From NCBI GenBank assembly GCA_977862235.1, contig OZ374558.1, forward strand, positions 2,728,001-2,792,000: DNA of 64,000 nucleotides, read 5' to 3'. Every line of letters begins with the position of its first letter. Within the stretch, counting starts at the first letter, position 1. Source of the stretch: Dudresnaya verticillata. Taxonomy: Eukaryota. Below are positions 1 through 12,279 of the stretch, in pieces. Both the position numbers and the translations under genes were made by a program. The notes under the pieces are model-generated. The model was not told where the DNA came from and ran no database searches. It was given only the letters and a program-made list of their open reading frames with translations.

Positions 1-721
1 AGGCGGGCCCTAATGACCCGAAAGGGGGGGTGCGGAAGCTTGGTAAAGACTCGGCGCGACTGACTGAGGGAAAGTATAGAGGTTGCGACCCGGTATTTCG
101 TAGAGTACTTGTCGTACGATGTCCGGGCCTGTACTGGGCGACCCCTGCAGGCGCGGAGCGTCCGAGCGACCAAAACGTGGAAACTTCCCGAACAACTCCG
201 CTGAGTGTTTATTCTGAGGGCGCCGGCTATTCCGGCGCCCATAAGTAGGGCTTGACAGCCTAAAAGTCTATCAGCCCGAAAGGGGGTCTAAGTTAGTCTA
301 TGATTATAGTTACGTAGGTTAGTACAGTCAGTACGAGTCAAAAGTGGGAATGCATTCCAGTTAGGGGACTTGGTGGCGGATACGCCGGTGCGCAAGCTGA
401 GGTCCCGGCTGCATTGTCGATACCCTGAGCGCAGAGGTGCTCCTGGTTCGTGAGTAGGAGCGCAGCGGCGCGTCATAAATCAGCCAACACGAGGTGTCCA
501 ACTGGCGTCATTACAAGGCCACGTGTATGCCACGTGTATAGCTGTAAGTCCACGTGTACAGCTGTAATGCCACGTGTACACACGTGTACACACGTGTATT
601 CCACGTGTCCTCCACGTGTACAGCGATGAAAGGACAGCTGTCCTGATTAAGGGACAGTCTGTCCCGCGAAAAGAAGTGCGCTCCTGTAAGCCCTTCTGCT
701 GACAGCGTCCATACTGCCACA
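1..721 (-). mobile_element. Partial LTR of a further retrotransposon inserted into the Copia 5' LTR (continues beyond window start)
   Basis: Ends ...ATACTGCCACA (TGTGGCA on minus, like the termini of other LTRs here) exactly where homology to the Copia 3' LTR begins (722); carries CTGTAA motifs. Orientation is inferred. Confidence 0.55.
520..618. repeat. Array of 8 CACGTG (G-box/E-box) palindromes
   Basis: CACGTG starts at 520, 531, 551, 571, 581, 591, 602, 613. Confidence 0.9.
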
Positions 722-912
722 CTTCGATAAACCTCGCCCACCTCTCTGACCCGTTCGCTCCGCTCACGCCCCTCTTCGCTCCGCTCGTGCCCCGCTTCGC
801 CCCGCTCGCGCCCCTTTCCCCGCGTTCCGCGACCCTGCGCGCCGTGCCCGCAGAGCGGTGATTGCACACCTCTCTCACGCCGCGCGCGCGTGTCGACCGG
901 CTACGGACGACA
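722..912 (+). repeat. Copia 5' LTR (3' part only)
   Basis: Matches 7477-7646 with a few substitutions and extra CGCTC units; ends CGACA. Confidence 0.9.
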
Positions 913-994
913 ATCCGGATTCCTACCCGGTTCCACGCGCCGACTTCGTCGCTCAAGACTTTGTTACGATCGTAACCCACACCGTCTGAAAAAA

Positions 995-3284
995 ATGACT
1001 GCGAGCACACGCAGTCATACCAAGGCTTCGACTGCAGACAAGAAGACCTCAAAGAAGGAGTTCAAGACGAAGGCTGCCAACCTAATCCGCTGCCTCAGGG
1101 ATTCTAACCTTACTGATGAGCTTTCGCAGAAGCTGATCAACGTTGCTATTTCTGTTCTCTCTTCCTACCCGCTTTCAGATAACCCAGCGAGCAGTACAGG
1201 AGATTACGAAGACGTGGAAGCCAAACCTCCTACCGAGAAGGCCGCAAGATTTGCGATGGAGTTTCTACCGCTGCCCAAGAAGATCTTCACAGAAGACTTC
1301 TTCGAGGTGCCTACTTTCCCAGTCAACAGTCTGTTTGAGGTGGCCCGACTCTACGAGTTTGATGATGTCCCCCAACAATATTGGGACAAAGTCAGCCTCT
1401 CAGACACTGAGCAGAAGAACAAAGGACTTGTCAGTCTCGTTTGGTTATGTTTCTTCACTGGATGCACGGCTTAGTTCTCCATCGATGCTGTACGCCAGTT
1501 CAAGGCTTGTAGTGGATCTCCGAACCCACTCATGCACCTTCCTTTCCAGAATAATACTGTGAAAAGCTCAGTTGCTGAGGAGAGAGAAGATACCATCTCC
1601 CGTCAAGACCAAGAAGCTCCGATTCTACAAGATATCAGAGTGGACAAGAACCAAGTTACAATTCACGGAGTTACCACCAACGCCGCTGATCATCCCCGCC
1701 ATCGCCCGGGAAACAACCAATTTGTTCGTGTCAACAACATGCAGCAGACGTACCCCTCCGCTGCAAACTCGTATGCCCAAACGCGGGATGAGGATGACGC
1801 GCACAAGATAACTCGCGTCTCCGATGGGAGTTACTATCCGCGCGCCCCACCCGCCCAGAACAACGAGGATCACGGTTATCCGAACATGGTACAGCATCCG
1901 TATGGATCCAACGAAGGTCCAAAGAAGTACGGCCCGTCACCTCCCGAGCCCGGTAGTGGCGATCAGCCTCATGGTCCGCCGTTTCAAGGTTTTCGAAGAG
2001 GTTCTCATCGCCCGAAAAGGGGACCCCCGCCGAACAACTTCGGAGGTGGAGCAGGTCACAACGACCGAGGTCGAAACCCTCCCACCCGCTTCCCAGATCA
2101 ACGTCGAGGCTACACTGCCGACAATGATCGTGGCCAGCGCGATGACCCTCGCAAGGTAAACTAAGTCCAGCAGATGTTCAAGGGATAGAAGTTCTCCGGA
2201 CACCTGGGTCAAGACATCCATCAAACCTTCAAGCTGTACGCAGTCTGCTCAAAGCAGTACAACCTCTCTCGGCACACAAGGCAGAACTTCTTGTTCATGC
2301 ATTCGATGGCGCTGCGCGTAAGTTCTACTTTGAACACACGCGAGAGGACACGTCAGATCAGGAGAAGACACAAGTCATGATGAAGGAGTATGTTTCCGAC
2401 GCTCGTCAGCTCCAAGTCAAAGGCACTCTTGAGACTCTTCGTCTCCGGACCTTTATAACCAAGAAAACATTTCTGATGTCGCACATGGCTTGACGAAGCT
2501 AGTTGAGACAATCAACGAGCTTGTACCGCAATGCCCCAAGGACTTTCGCTCTGATGCTCATAAGGGTGACTATCTCCGCCGAGCAGTGATTGAGTTCCAA
2601 GAATGGTCCCGCATTCCGATACAGAACATCACGTCGCAAGGTTACAGCTTCAACGCGTTCGTCACCACGCTTCACGAGTCCATCCAGAATCTTCGTCAGC
2701 TGGAGTTGCTCACAAGTGGAGATGCGCGCCAGTCTACCTTCACAGGACTCACCAAAGAAGACAACCTTCGGCACAGCAACAGTGTCCAAACCCATATGCT
2801 TCAGTACGGTCGGAACCCGCGCAAACTCTCGCGCTACGGTTCCAAAGGTGGTGAACCTGGTGCACAACTTCGGAGCCAGCAACGAAACAATTCTGCACGC
2901 ACATTCGCTGATGCTAGACGTCGCAATGAGTGCTTCCGCTTTGGTGCTGCCAATTGGAAGCCAGGGCATCGTTGCGCGAAAGGAGCCATACAGTTCAACA
3001 TCCGGGGCCGTATTGCTCGTGGTGAAGATGCCACGCACATCGTTGCTTCTCTTGTCGGAGACATGGAGGAGGAACTCACCAGCTCTCAGGATCAGGAAGA
3101 TGCGGACGTCCACTATGGAGAACCCGGAGAGTCTGAACTAGGTCGCTTCGACGCAGCTCTAGCCAACACCGGAATCCAGACCAACTTCGTAGACCCTATC
3201 GAGAACTTGGAAGGGGAGATTGTAACCAACCACATCTCGGCTGGTATGCCGCAGGATTTTTGGATAGGCGACAAGAGCATGTAA
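995..3284 (+). pseudogene. gag: Copia gag-like region, disrupted
   Basis: ORF pieces 890-1474, 1532-2164, 2490-3284; degenerate zinc knuckle ECFRFGAANWKPGHRC; long P/G/N/R/D-rich linker. Confidence 0.7.
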
Positions 3285-3302
3285 TGCCTCAGCCTTGTCG
3301 CC
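3254..3302 (+). promoter_or_regulatory. Putative -1 ribosomal frameshift signal (G GAT TTT, 6-nt spacer, stem-loop)
   Basis: Heptamer 3254-3260 in gag frame; pol is in the -1 frame; GGCGACAAG (3267-3275) pairs perfectly with CTTGTCGCC (3294-3302). Confidence 0.75.
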
Positions 3303-6300
3303 GAGCGAACAAGCGATGGCAGACGCATCATCGCAAAGCAGTCCCGAGGCACTCCCATCCATCCCAAAGCACCAAGCCACCAGACATCTTCATGGTAGAC
3401 ATCCACGTTGGTTCTCTTGGAAAGGAGATGCGGAATACAAGACCAGCTGGCTTCTGTGTGAACATTGGGGCTCCAAAGTCTGTCATAGGACGTAAAGAGA
3501 TGCAGCGCATCCTTACTGCTGCAGACATACGTTCCCGAAGACTCATGCCCTCGCGCAACAGGTTTCGCTTTGCCGACGCCACGTACGAGTCACTCGGTCG
3601 CATTTCCATACCGCTGTTGACCCCACCAGGCATAAGCAACATCAACGTTGAAATGGACATTGTCGAAGCCGACATCCCCGCACTTCTTGGCATGAACGTA
3701 CTGGACAAACACTCCTTGACTCCATGCACTGTCTGGAACCAACTCATCAAGCGTACGAGACACACCGACAAAGAAGGGAAGCTGCTGCACCTCAATGAAT
3801 GGCAGGTGCCGTTGACCCGCTCTGGAAGCAACCACTTATATGCTCAGATGCACTTCTCGACAGCCAGCTACTTCACGCGTCCACAGTTGCGAAGACTTCA
3901 CCGACAGTTCTTCCATGTAAGCGCACAGAAGCTATACAACCTTATTAAGCGAGCACGTCGAGAGGAAGCTACAACTCAAACACTGGAAACGCTCAAAGAC
4001 ATCGCGAAACGTTGCGACCCGTGTCAAAGAATACAACACGCTCCTCATCGTTTCCGTGTATCGTTTGGTGCCGAAGACTTAAGATTCAATGAACGCATAC
4101 TCATTGACATCATGTCACTTGAATCAGCGCCTGTTCTCCACATCGTTGACGAAAGCCACGAAGTTCAGCGCCGCACGATTCCTCCCTGATGTGTCGACGC
4201 AGACTATCTGGACAACCTTGATGTCATGCTGGGCTCTCGTCTACTGTGGACTTCCGAACAGGATTCTCAATGACCAAGACTCACAGTTTGGACAACAGTT
4301 CATCCACATAGCCCAAGTCAACAACGTTGAAGTCAACCGCACCGGCATTGAAGCCCACTCCAGTCTTGGACTGTGCGAGAGGTACCATGAGTCGCTGCGA
4401 ACGACATACCGCAAGCTCCGACATGTTTACCCGCATGCAGGCAAGGAGATTCTTCTAGCTTCATCTGTGAAGGCAATGAACGACACCCTTGGACCCGAAG
4501 GCCTAGTACCCTCTGCTCTTGTCTTTGGGGAATTCCCACAAATTGCCACCTTGTCTGAAGAACCCGGACCTCGACCCACGGTAGCTGAACGCGCTTCTAT
4601 TGCTACAGCTGCTCGTGAGGAGATGAAGAAGCGGATGGCTGAGCTCAAGGTCATACGAGCTCTTCATTACGCTGTCCCACCTGCTTCCGAGCGCAGCTAT
4701 GAGCCTGGTGATCGCGTTCTTGTATTTCGCGAGAAGATCATTGCCAACCGCATTGGAGAATGGCTCGGACCCTTCGAAGTAGAATCAGTTGACTACTCCA
4801 AGAAGCTTGTGTTCATCCGAGACATCTAAGGAAGTCCCGCTCGGCCTTTCAGCGTCACGCAGGTGAAACCATACTTCACCCCCGAACTTCTTGCACAAAC
4901 CTTCATGGCAGACATCGACAAAAGTCTGAACCCGTTCAAGTCCCCGAAGATGGAATAGGATGGATATTCATGACGGAAGTGCTTGATCCGAACGATGAAC
5001 GATCCAAGCACTACGAGATGACTGATGCCAAGAAGATAGAACTCCGCAACCTCATGCAGCGCGGTACGTTCAAGGTGATACTCAAGGAAGACATCCCAAG
5101 AGACGCGAATGTTCTTCCAGGCAGATTTGTACTCGCGCTCAAGTCCTCGCTGGACGGCAAGATCAAGTATAAGGCCTGATACGTCATTGGAGGCCATCGA
5201 GACAAGATGAAGGACATGATGGTGCACTCCACGACAAACTTGCAAACTCAGTCAGTAAGACTGCTTCTTGCGTTGGCAGGCATATTTGGCTTTGACATCT
5301 GGACAGCAGATATCAGGCAAGCCTACCTTCAAGCTTCCGAACCATTGGCACGAGACGTGTTCATCGGCAAGCCCGCTGCAGATTTTGAACTTGAGCCTGA
5401 CCAGTGTCTTCAACTCTTGAAGCCGCTATATGGACTATGCGATGCAGGGGATCTGTGGCATATCACGCTTGACAAGCACCACCGCCTTGAGTTGGGAATG
5501 AAGCCGATGCGCATTGATCCCGCACTGTACTACCTGCTGAGTGAAGGAGTACTACAAGGCTCGAGTGGGTGCTATGTTGACGACCTCATCCGCTGCGGAA
5601 GCGAAAAGTTTCGAAAACTCTCGCAGAAAACCAACGCACGCTTCGAGATGACGGACGAGTCCAAGCTTCCAGCAGAGTTCACAGGATTTGTCAGCGATCG
5701 CGATAAGGATGGCACGATGTACATCGACCAGAATGCGTACCTCCGCAAGCTGGAATGTCTGCACCCAGATGCAACCTTTCGCGAATTCCGGTCCATGCGC
5801 ATGAAGCTGGTGTGGTTGTCTAACTCAAGCCCTGACTGCCTTTTCGAAGTATCTCAGCTCGCACAAGTCACAGAGGAAGACTTCTTCAAGAACAGGCAAG
5901 CCAATATCCGACGTCTCAACAAGGCTGTAACGTACGCGGTTGACCATCGAGTCCGCCTACGCGTCCCAAGGTTGAAGGCAGACACCATTAAGGTGGTTGG
6001 ATTCTCTGATGCCTCGTTCGCTAACAACAGGGATCTCAGTTCCCAGCTTGGCCAAGTTGTACTTCTCACTGACGACAGTGGATCTTCAGTCCCGGTCAGC
6101 TTCAAGTCGTACAAGTCAAGACGGGTGACTCGCTCAGCAATGTCCGGGGAAGTTATAGCATTCTCCGACATGTTCGACATCGCCATCGCCATCGCAGGTG
6201 AGCTTGGAGTTCTTGTCAACAAGACTGTCCCGGTCCAACTTCTAACCGACAGCAAGAGTCTCTTCGACGTCATATCCAAAGGCTCCAGAACATCTGAGAA

Positions 6301-6493
6301 GAGGATGATGCTTGACATCGCTGCGGCACGCGAAGGGTTCCGCGATAAGACGATCTCGGACATCGGGTTTGTCCGCAGTAGCTCCAACATCGCTGATGGC
6401 TTGACGAAGATGATGAATCAAGCACAGTTGCGAGACGTTGTTGTTTCCGGTTCGCTAAACATTCAGCCGGAGCAGTGGATCGTTCGCAAATAG
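3260..6493 (+). pseudogene. pol: Copia pol (protease, integrase, RT, RNase H) with stops and frameshifts
   Basis: Protease VNIGAPKS...ALLG; integrase HxxFxH...CDPC, RILNDQDSQF, CERYH; RT YVDD; split across ORFs 3260-4189, 4089-4829, 4970-5179, 5207-6493. Confidence 0.93.
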
Positions 6494-6965
6494 CAGAGAT
6501 GCACGATGACCGCATTACCGTTCGCGCAAAGAAGAAAGAAACTGTCAGTATTCTGAGGCATTTTCGCAAGTCTCGCATTGTTTCGCATACCCACGAACAA
6601 GAAGAAGACGTTGCAAACACCCCAAGGGTCCAAGATAGTTGAAGCCCCCCAACTTGCAACTGGGACCCGGCACGAAGCCTTTTGGGCCCCGACCCATACG
6701 ACGTTTGGATGGCGTAAAGGAATTGGACCTCTCCCAATAGGGCTTCCCCGCAAGTTTAAGCGCGAACCTGCGGACCGGCACATCATAGGTGTCTTGTAGC
6801 CCGCCGCATGGGTCAATCGGCAAGAAGGAGTGGTAGCAAGCTACCATTTGAGTGAAGACGAGTCCACAAGCGAACCAGGACGCCATAGGGTGCTGCGCGG
6901 TCAGGTTGGTTCCTGAGCAGAGCAGGGGAGGGGAAGGAAGGCACAACCAGTGGCCTCTTATATCC

Positions 6966-7160
6966 CGCCTGATGATTATCACAGTTGGTAATTTCTACCC
7001 GACCATTTGGCGCACGATTTCCCGCCCCGAAATTGCCGAACTGGGCCCGATTTATCTGCTCGCCTCATGATTATCATAGTGTGCAATTTCTACCCGACGA
7101 TTTCGGCGCCAGATTTTGGGCCCGGAAATTGCCGCCCTGCGCCGGACTATTCTTCCCGCC
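6966..7160. repeat. Imperfect tandem repeat (period about 95 bp) in the Copia 3' UTR
   Basis: CGCCTsATGATTATCA...AATTTCTACCCGAC...GAAATTGCCG starts at 6966 and 7061. Confidence 0.8.
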
Positions 7161-7210
7161 TATGTCTAATGCAAATTAGCTATGCGCGCATCGCCGACGA
7201 CCGTTCTGCG

Positions 7211-7221
7211 ACAGGGGGGAG
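7211..7221 (+). promoter_or_regulatory. Copia polypurine tract
   Basis: ACAGGGGGGAG immediately before the LTR TG. Confidence 0.85.
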
Positions 7222-7646
7222 TGTCGATTTGCACCTATCTGTGTCGCAGAGTCGCACTGCAAGATACCTTACAGTGCTCCCGCCGTCGGCGACCACCGCG
7301 CCGTCCGCGCGCGACGCGCGCGCCCGACTGCAACTGGCTGGGTTACTTCAAGCCCCGCTGACCACTGCAGACCACCCCCCGCTCCTCTGAGCACGATCGA
7401 AGTAGAAGAGTAAGCAGCGTTGACGAGAACGTCCGTTGCGTCAGCCGCGGTGGTCTGCCGTAGCCCTCTTCCCTTGCTTCGATAAACCTCGCCCACCTCT
7501 CTGACCCGCTCGCTCCGCTCGCGCCCCGCTTCGCCCCGCTCGCGCCCGTTTCCCCGCGTTCCGCGACCCTGCGCGCCGTGCCCGCAGAGCGGTGATCGTA
7601 CACCACTCTCACGCCGCGCGCGCGTGTCGACCGGCTACGGACGACA
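7222..7646 (+). repeat. Copia 3' LTR (425 bp)
   Basis: TGTCG...CGACA inverted termini; preceded by PPT. Confidence 0.92.
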
Positions 7647-7961
7647 GAAAACGCTCTTACCTCCTATGAGCTATTCTAAGCTATTCTGGCTGTAATTATT
7701 AATCTAATCGTACTGTTGTCAGTTATAAATACGGATTAGTGGTAGTACCGCGTCGGGACGCGTGAGCGGCCACAATAAATTACCCAATGGCAATTTGCCA
7801 TCCATTTTGGTGCCAGCAGGGACGCCAGCGATGCGCATCGCCCTTACAGCGCACAGTGCTTGTGCGTGCCTTACAGCTCGATGCGCGTGGGCGTCTTACA
7901 CCTAATGCGCACAAATGACTTACAGTGCGCCAGCACTTCTGCTGCGGCTCATTCTTCCACA
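7647..7961 (-). repeat. Gypsy A 3' LTR (partial, cut by the Copia insertion)
   Basis: Matches 20321-20636 with about 28 mismatches in 315 bp by eye; minus-strand PPT AACGAGGGGGCCG at 7962-7974. Confidence 0.9.
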
Positions 7962-8497
7962 CGGCCCCCTCGTTAAAGCTGAGAGACCCGCGAAGCCAGC
8001 AAGGCTGTTTCTATTGGCCCCGTCTTGGGCGAGCTTGCAATCCCAGTGGAGTATTGGGCCAACGGCTCACTTGTAACCGCCGCCACAGGCGGCCGTTGTG
8101 GAACGGTTCCCAATAGTGACAAATCACTTGCTTCACGGTCCCAATCTCGACGGCGCCCGTCTCATAATTGCGACGAACTTTTTGCGCTTTCGTGCGGAAA
8201 GCCCCAAGCGGCTGCATACTTCAGCAGCGTCACAGCGGCTTCCGCTACAGTTCCCGGGACACATCCACACCTCGCTCAACCATCGTCAGCCGATATTCCA
8301 CGCCTTGCGTCCGGCAACGCCATTTAGCTTTCGCTTCCCTCTTTCGTTGCGGCGGTCTGTGCAATTTGCAGTAGCGGGGCCCGCTGTAACCCGTCGTCAC
8401 CCGTGCGTTTCTTCCTACGGCCCGGTCGTCACGTGCGTGATCGCCAAGAATAGCCACCGTGGCTGTATAGAAGACCTGTTCACCCCGTGGCGCCAGG

Positions 8498-10816
8498 ATG
8501 AGTCATAGCCACATGGCTTATGGGGCCGCTGGCTCAAGCACCGGTGTGCTGGGTATTGAAGTGGATGAGGCAGGAGTGCCTTTCAAGGTCAAGGAGAGCC
8601 GCGACTGGCGGGTGCGCACCGACCTCGCGCACCTCAAAGCGCGTGCTGGCGCTGATCGCACCGACATCCGTCGGCATGGAGCGCGGCAGGCGCAGCGCCG
8701 CACTTGGAATTCCCATGCTCGAGCGCGTCTGGCGCTGCTAACCGGCATGACCCGTCGCCTGACCGCCCTTACGGGTCCATGACAGTGGGACTTAGCGCAC
8801 CCGCGCTTCCGCCCCGAGTTGCGCTACACAGCCACCTTGTGTAATAAGCTCAACTATGAGCTGGGGCAGATCCAACACGTCCGCGATATGGGTGAGTTCG
8901 ACCTCGGGATGGTGGTGCATGAGCGCCCGCTGATCCGCAGCGGCAGGGACAACTACCCTTACAACACGGCTCGGGTCGTCCGTTGGGACGAGACGTCCAA
9001 TTTCAAGTTTTCCATGGACAACCCACAAACGGCTATACCTTCCGATATCATATGCTTTGAGCGTATGAATCGTCACCGCACCAGTTGTCTCGTCCCAGGA
9101 CACTGTCAAGAGGTTACCTCTATTCGCCCGGAGTTCTATAGGATCAAGTATCCTCAAGTCGCGGGCGATCACGCCGAGATGGAGGTATCCTATTCCATGC
9201 CCGTCGGTACACCGACCATCATAGCGCACCTCGGCTTGGAGATGATGGATGCCAACGCAGACGATAGCGTCTTATGGTCCATCCTCCGCCATGAGTGGAT
9301 CGTGCTAGTGACGCAATTATTCGTCTACGAAGCCCGTCGGGGCTTGTTATACTTCATCAGTGCCCAGCTTCGTAGGGCCATCCGTTCTATAGGCGCTGCT
9401 GCCTTCACCGCCAACTCGGCCGACGCCTCAGACTTGGACCAACTCTTGGTCTTTGTTGAGCGTATTCGCTGCAGCGGCGTTTCGAAACGCATTAGGCATC
9501 TGCCTGAGAACACCGGCCACCTGACGCCGGTGTACGACCGCGGCGATTGGGTTGACTTCGACGCCATCAAGTGGCACCCAGTCCTTCCGGGCTATTTGAT
9601 GGCACCGTTACCCACCGAGGGTGAACCCATCCAGCTGGATGAGGGCGAGCGTCGCACTGGTTACACCAAGGGTTGGGTGAGTGTGCGTTGGCGCGATGAA
9701 GGGCCTAAGCACCCTGATGAGGTGCCCCCCTTCGACGACACTGTCAATGGGGAGCCGCAGGGTCCGTACGCTCCAGTGCTGACACACCACCACCGGGCTG
9801 ATGCCGAGATCCGTGATCTATTTGGCCGCCGTGGGTTGGCTATTCGTCTTGCTGCCCATTGGAGCATCTACGCCCTCAACCTTAACAGTCTCGCTGACTG
9901 GGTTGAGGACGCGCTAGCCGAGCATGAGGCTCATTGGATAGGAACTCCAGGTCCGATTGACCGCCTTTTGACTCACCTGAATAAGTTGCCCCCGCTGGGC
10001 GGAGTCAAGGCTGAAGGTAAGCCTGGAGTGGAAATCAAGAAAGAGCCTGGCTCTAAGGTTCGCCGCGGCACCGGCTACGGTAAGCCGGGTTCTTCAGCCC
10101 AAGGCTCTTTAGCGCTCCTTCCGATTATCGCCGCGAGGGAAGCCACCGCGGCTGATGTGTAAAAGGTCCCGCGTGAGGAGCCCCCTGCTACGGCTGGTGC
10201 TAGCGCGCCCAACATCGCTCCGCGAGTCACGGCGCCTCCTTCCCAGCCATCGGCTTCTCGAGTTGGAGTCCCACTCCGCTCCGTGGTTCCACGCCAGATT
10301 CCTACCGTTAGCGGCGCGCCCGCTGGGAATAACCCACAGTCGGAGTCAGCATCGGCTAACCACCCTACTGCCGAGGTGGCTGTTGGGGTCCCCTCAGAGC
10401 CGTCCCCTTCGGCTGCATCTGTCACAGCATCTGCCTCACTCGAGACGCCTGCTAAGTCTTTGACTGGTGATTCTCCCCAAGTGGAGGAGAGGGCATCTAC
10501 GCCGCTGGCTCCCGGTCAAGCCGATGAGGCTTTGCAGCCTACCGACGAAGTGCTCGTGAAAACTGAGTTGGTGCTCAAGGAAGAGGAGGAGTTGGCTCCT
10601 GTGGAGGGCGATGTTGCGCCGATGGATGTGGACCCGACGACAGCCAACGAGTCTCAAGGAACGACAATGGAGGGTACTCGCCGGGGTCGTGGACCGCGTC
10701 GTGGCCAGGGTCGGCGGATCATCCGCGAGTTGCGCCGCATCGTGACGACGCGGGCGCCTTCTGCACCTAACCCGCCCCTTGGCGATGACGAGGCTATTGA
10801 CCTCCTCTCGGATTAG
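8498..10816 (+). pseudogene. Antisense accessory ORF of Gypsy A, unknown function, broken into 3 pieces
   Basis: ORFs 8498-8782, 8819-10162 (447 aa, globular composition) and 10283-10816 (acidic/Pro tail); AATAAA at about 10905. Confidence 0.7.
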
Positions 10817-11871
10817 CCGAGTCGAGCCCTCTTCTTGAGGCATGCCTCGAGGCATCGAGCCTGATAGGGGCTAGAAGCCCCTTCCAGCGGCATAACAGCT
10901 TAGCAATAAACTTCGTCTTGTATGCGTAACACAATGCTTTGGTAGGCTTCGAGCCTTCACATCCGGTGCCACTTTTCTCCCCCGTGAGACAGTGGTGCCG
11001 TTGCTTGTTCGGGCACCGTGGGACAGCCTATTATTGGTTGACCATTACGCCTACCTATAGTCTATCGTTGCCTGAGAACGTGCCAGCAATGTCCACAGTA
11101 GCTCTACAGTTCAGTGCGACGCACTGTAGCTTATTTTGGCGCGAAAGTCGTTATGGCTGTTAATTGGCCACACCACTCCGCCACCTTGCTGTGTCCTTTC
11201 TGGCAGCTCACGGACTGTGCCCATCACCACAACCAAGAAGTATAAGTCAGCGGCATCGGCTTCTCGACCGCGTGGCTTCCAGAATTCTCAGCGTCAATAC
11301 GCTTGTCGCTTACTCCTTCCCTATCAATGGGGTCTTACGCGGTTCCACACGTCCTCCCCAGCAGATGGGGGAGTCGGAGTATCAAGACTTATCAGTCTAG
11401 GATGGGGCGTATTTGTGCCTTACACCCTCATTGGGTTTGACGCGAACGCCCTTTTTGTGGGAGGTAGTTGGATCAACCTCGGGCTAATATCCCGTCCATA
11501 TTGTAGCATATCGCTTTTGGGTAGTCCAGCCGCCCTCAAGCGTCCTAGTGCTGGTAGTTATAATTGAAATAAATTATCGGTTGGCCATCACCACTGTTCC
11601 TTACCCGCACCGAGGGGAGAGTGGTCGCCATAGCTTTTGCCTTTTCAGGTTTGGGTCCTTGGGGTAGCCATATTCCGGTCACTCTGCCTAACAAAAGCCC
11701 CTGTGCTCGAGGTTGGCCTCAACCCGTATCTGTCCTTGAGCCAGGTTGATAACCTTATGCATAGCGTTATTCGCTGTACACAGGTGCTCCTCTAACGTAG
11801 GATCAACTCCTAGCTCTGAAGCGCCCGCTCGCTTTGGCAGAACTCATCTTGCAAAGTTCACCTCTTGATTA

Positions 11872-11990
11872 CATCTATCCATTTCCATGCATCCATTCAG
11901 GATCCAATCCTTCTAACATCTATCCATGATATACATCTATCCAGAGTCCCGACTCTTCTTTCATCTATCCATTTCCACATCTATCCAGAG
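11872..11990. repeat. Five CATCTATCCA repeats in the Gypsy A 3' spacer
   Basis: Copies at about 11872, 11917, 11934, 11962, 11978. Confidence 0.8.
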
Positions 11991-12279
11991 TCTTGACTCT
12001 TCTGTAGCCATCGACATTGGTTCATCTTCTTGAGAGGCTAACCCCTACTTCCGGGTTCGGTAATCGGCGAATGCCGTCCTTAGCTCATAGGCTGCGTTCG
12101 TATTTGCGCGAGGACTTCGGCTTCGGAATCCAGAACCAAGTTCTACCTCAACTCATATGAGGTGAGTCTAACAGTCGAGAGATCCGACTCCATACAGCCC
12201 AACTGCTGTTTTGGTTGGGTGCGCCCGCTTGAGACCACTCATAGGCCCGGTGCCTTACTCGACGCGCGTGTTCGCCTCG

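Larger units (their letters stand above)
722..7646 (+). mobile_element. Ty1/Copia LTR retrotransposon (GalEa-like), degenerate
   Basis: Paired LTRs; domain order gag-PR-INT-RT-RNaseH; RT motifs ADIRQAYLQ, LLKPLYGL, YVDD; RNase H FSDASFANNRDLSSQLG, KSRRVTRS, NIADGLTK; PPT present. Confidence 0.95.

Noticed and set aside
520..618. CRISPR-like array
   Set aside because: Repeats are only 6-10 bp with no unique spacers, there are no cas genes, and the context is eukaryotic.
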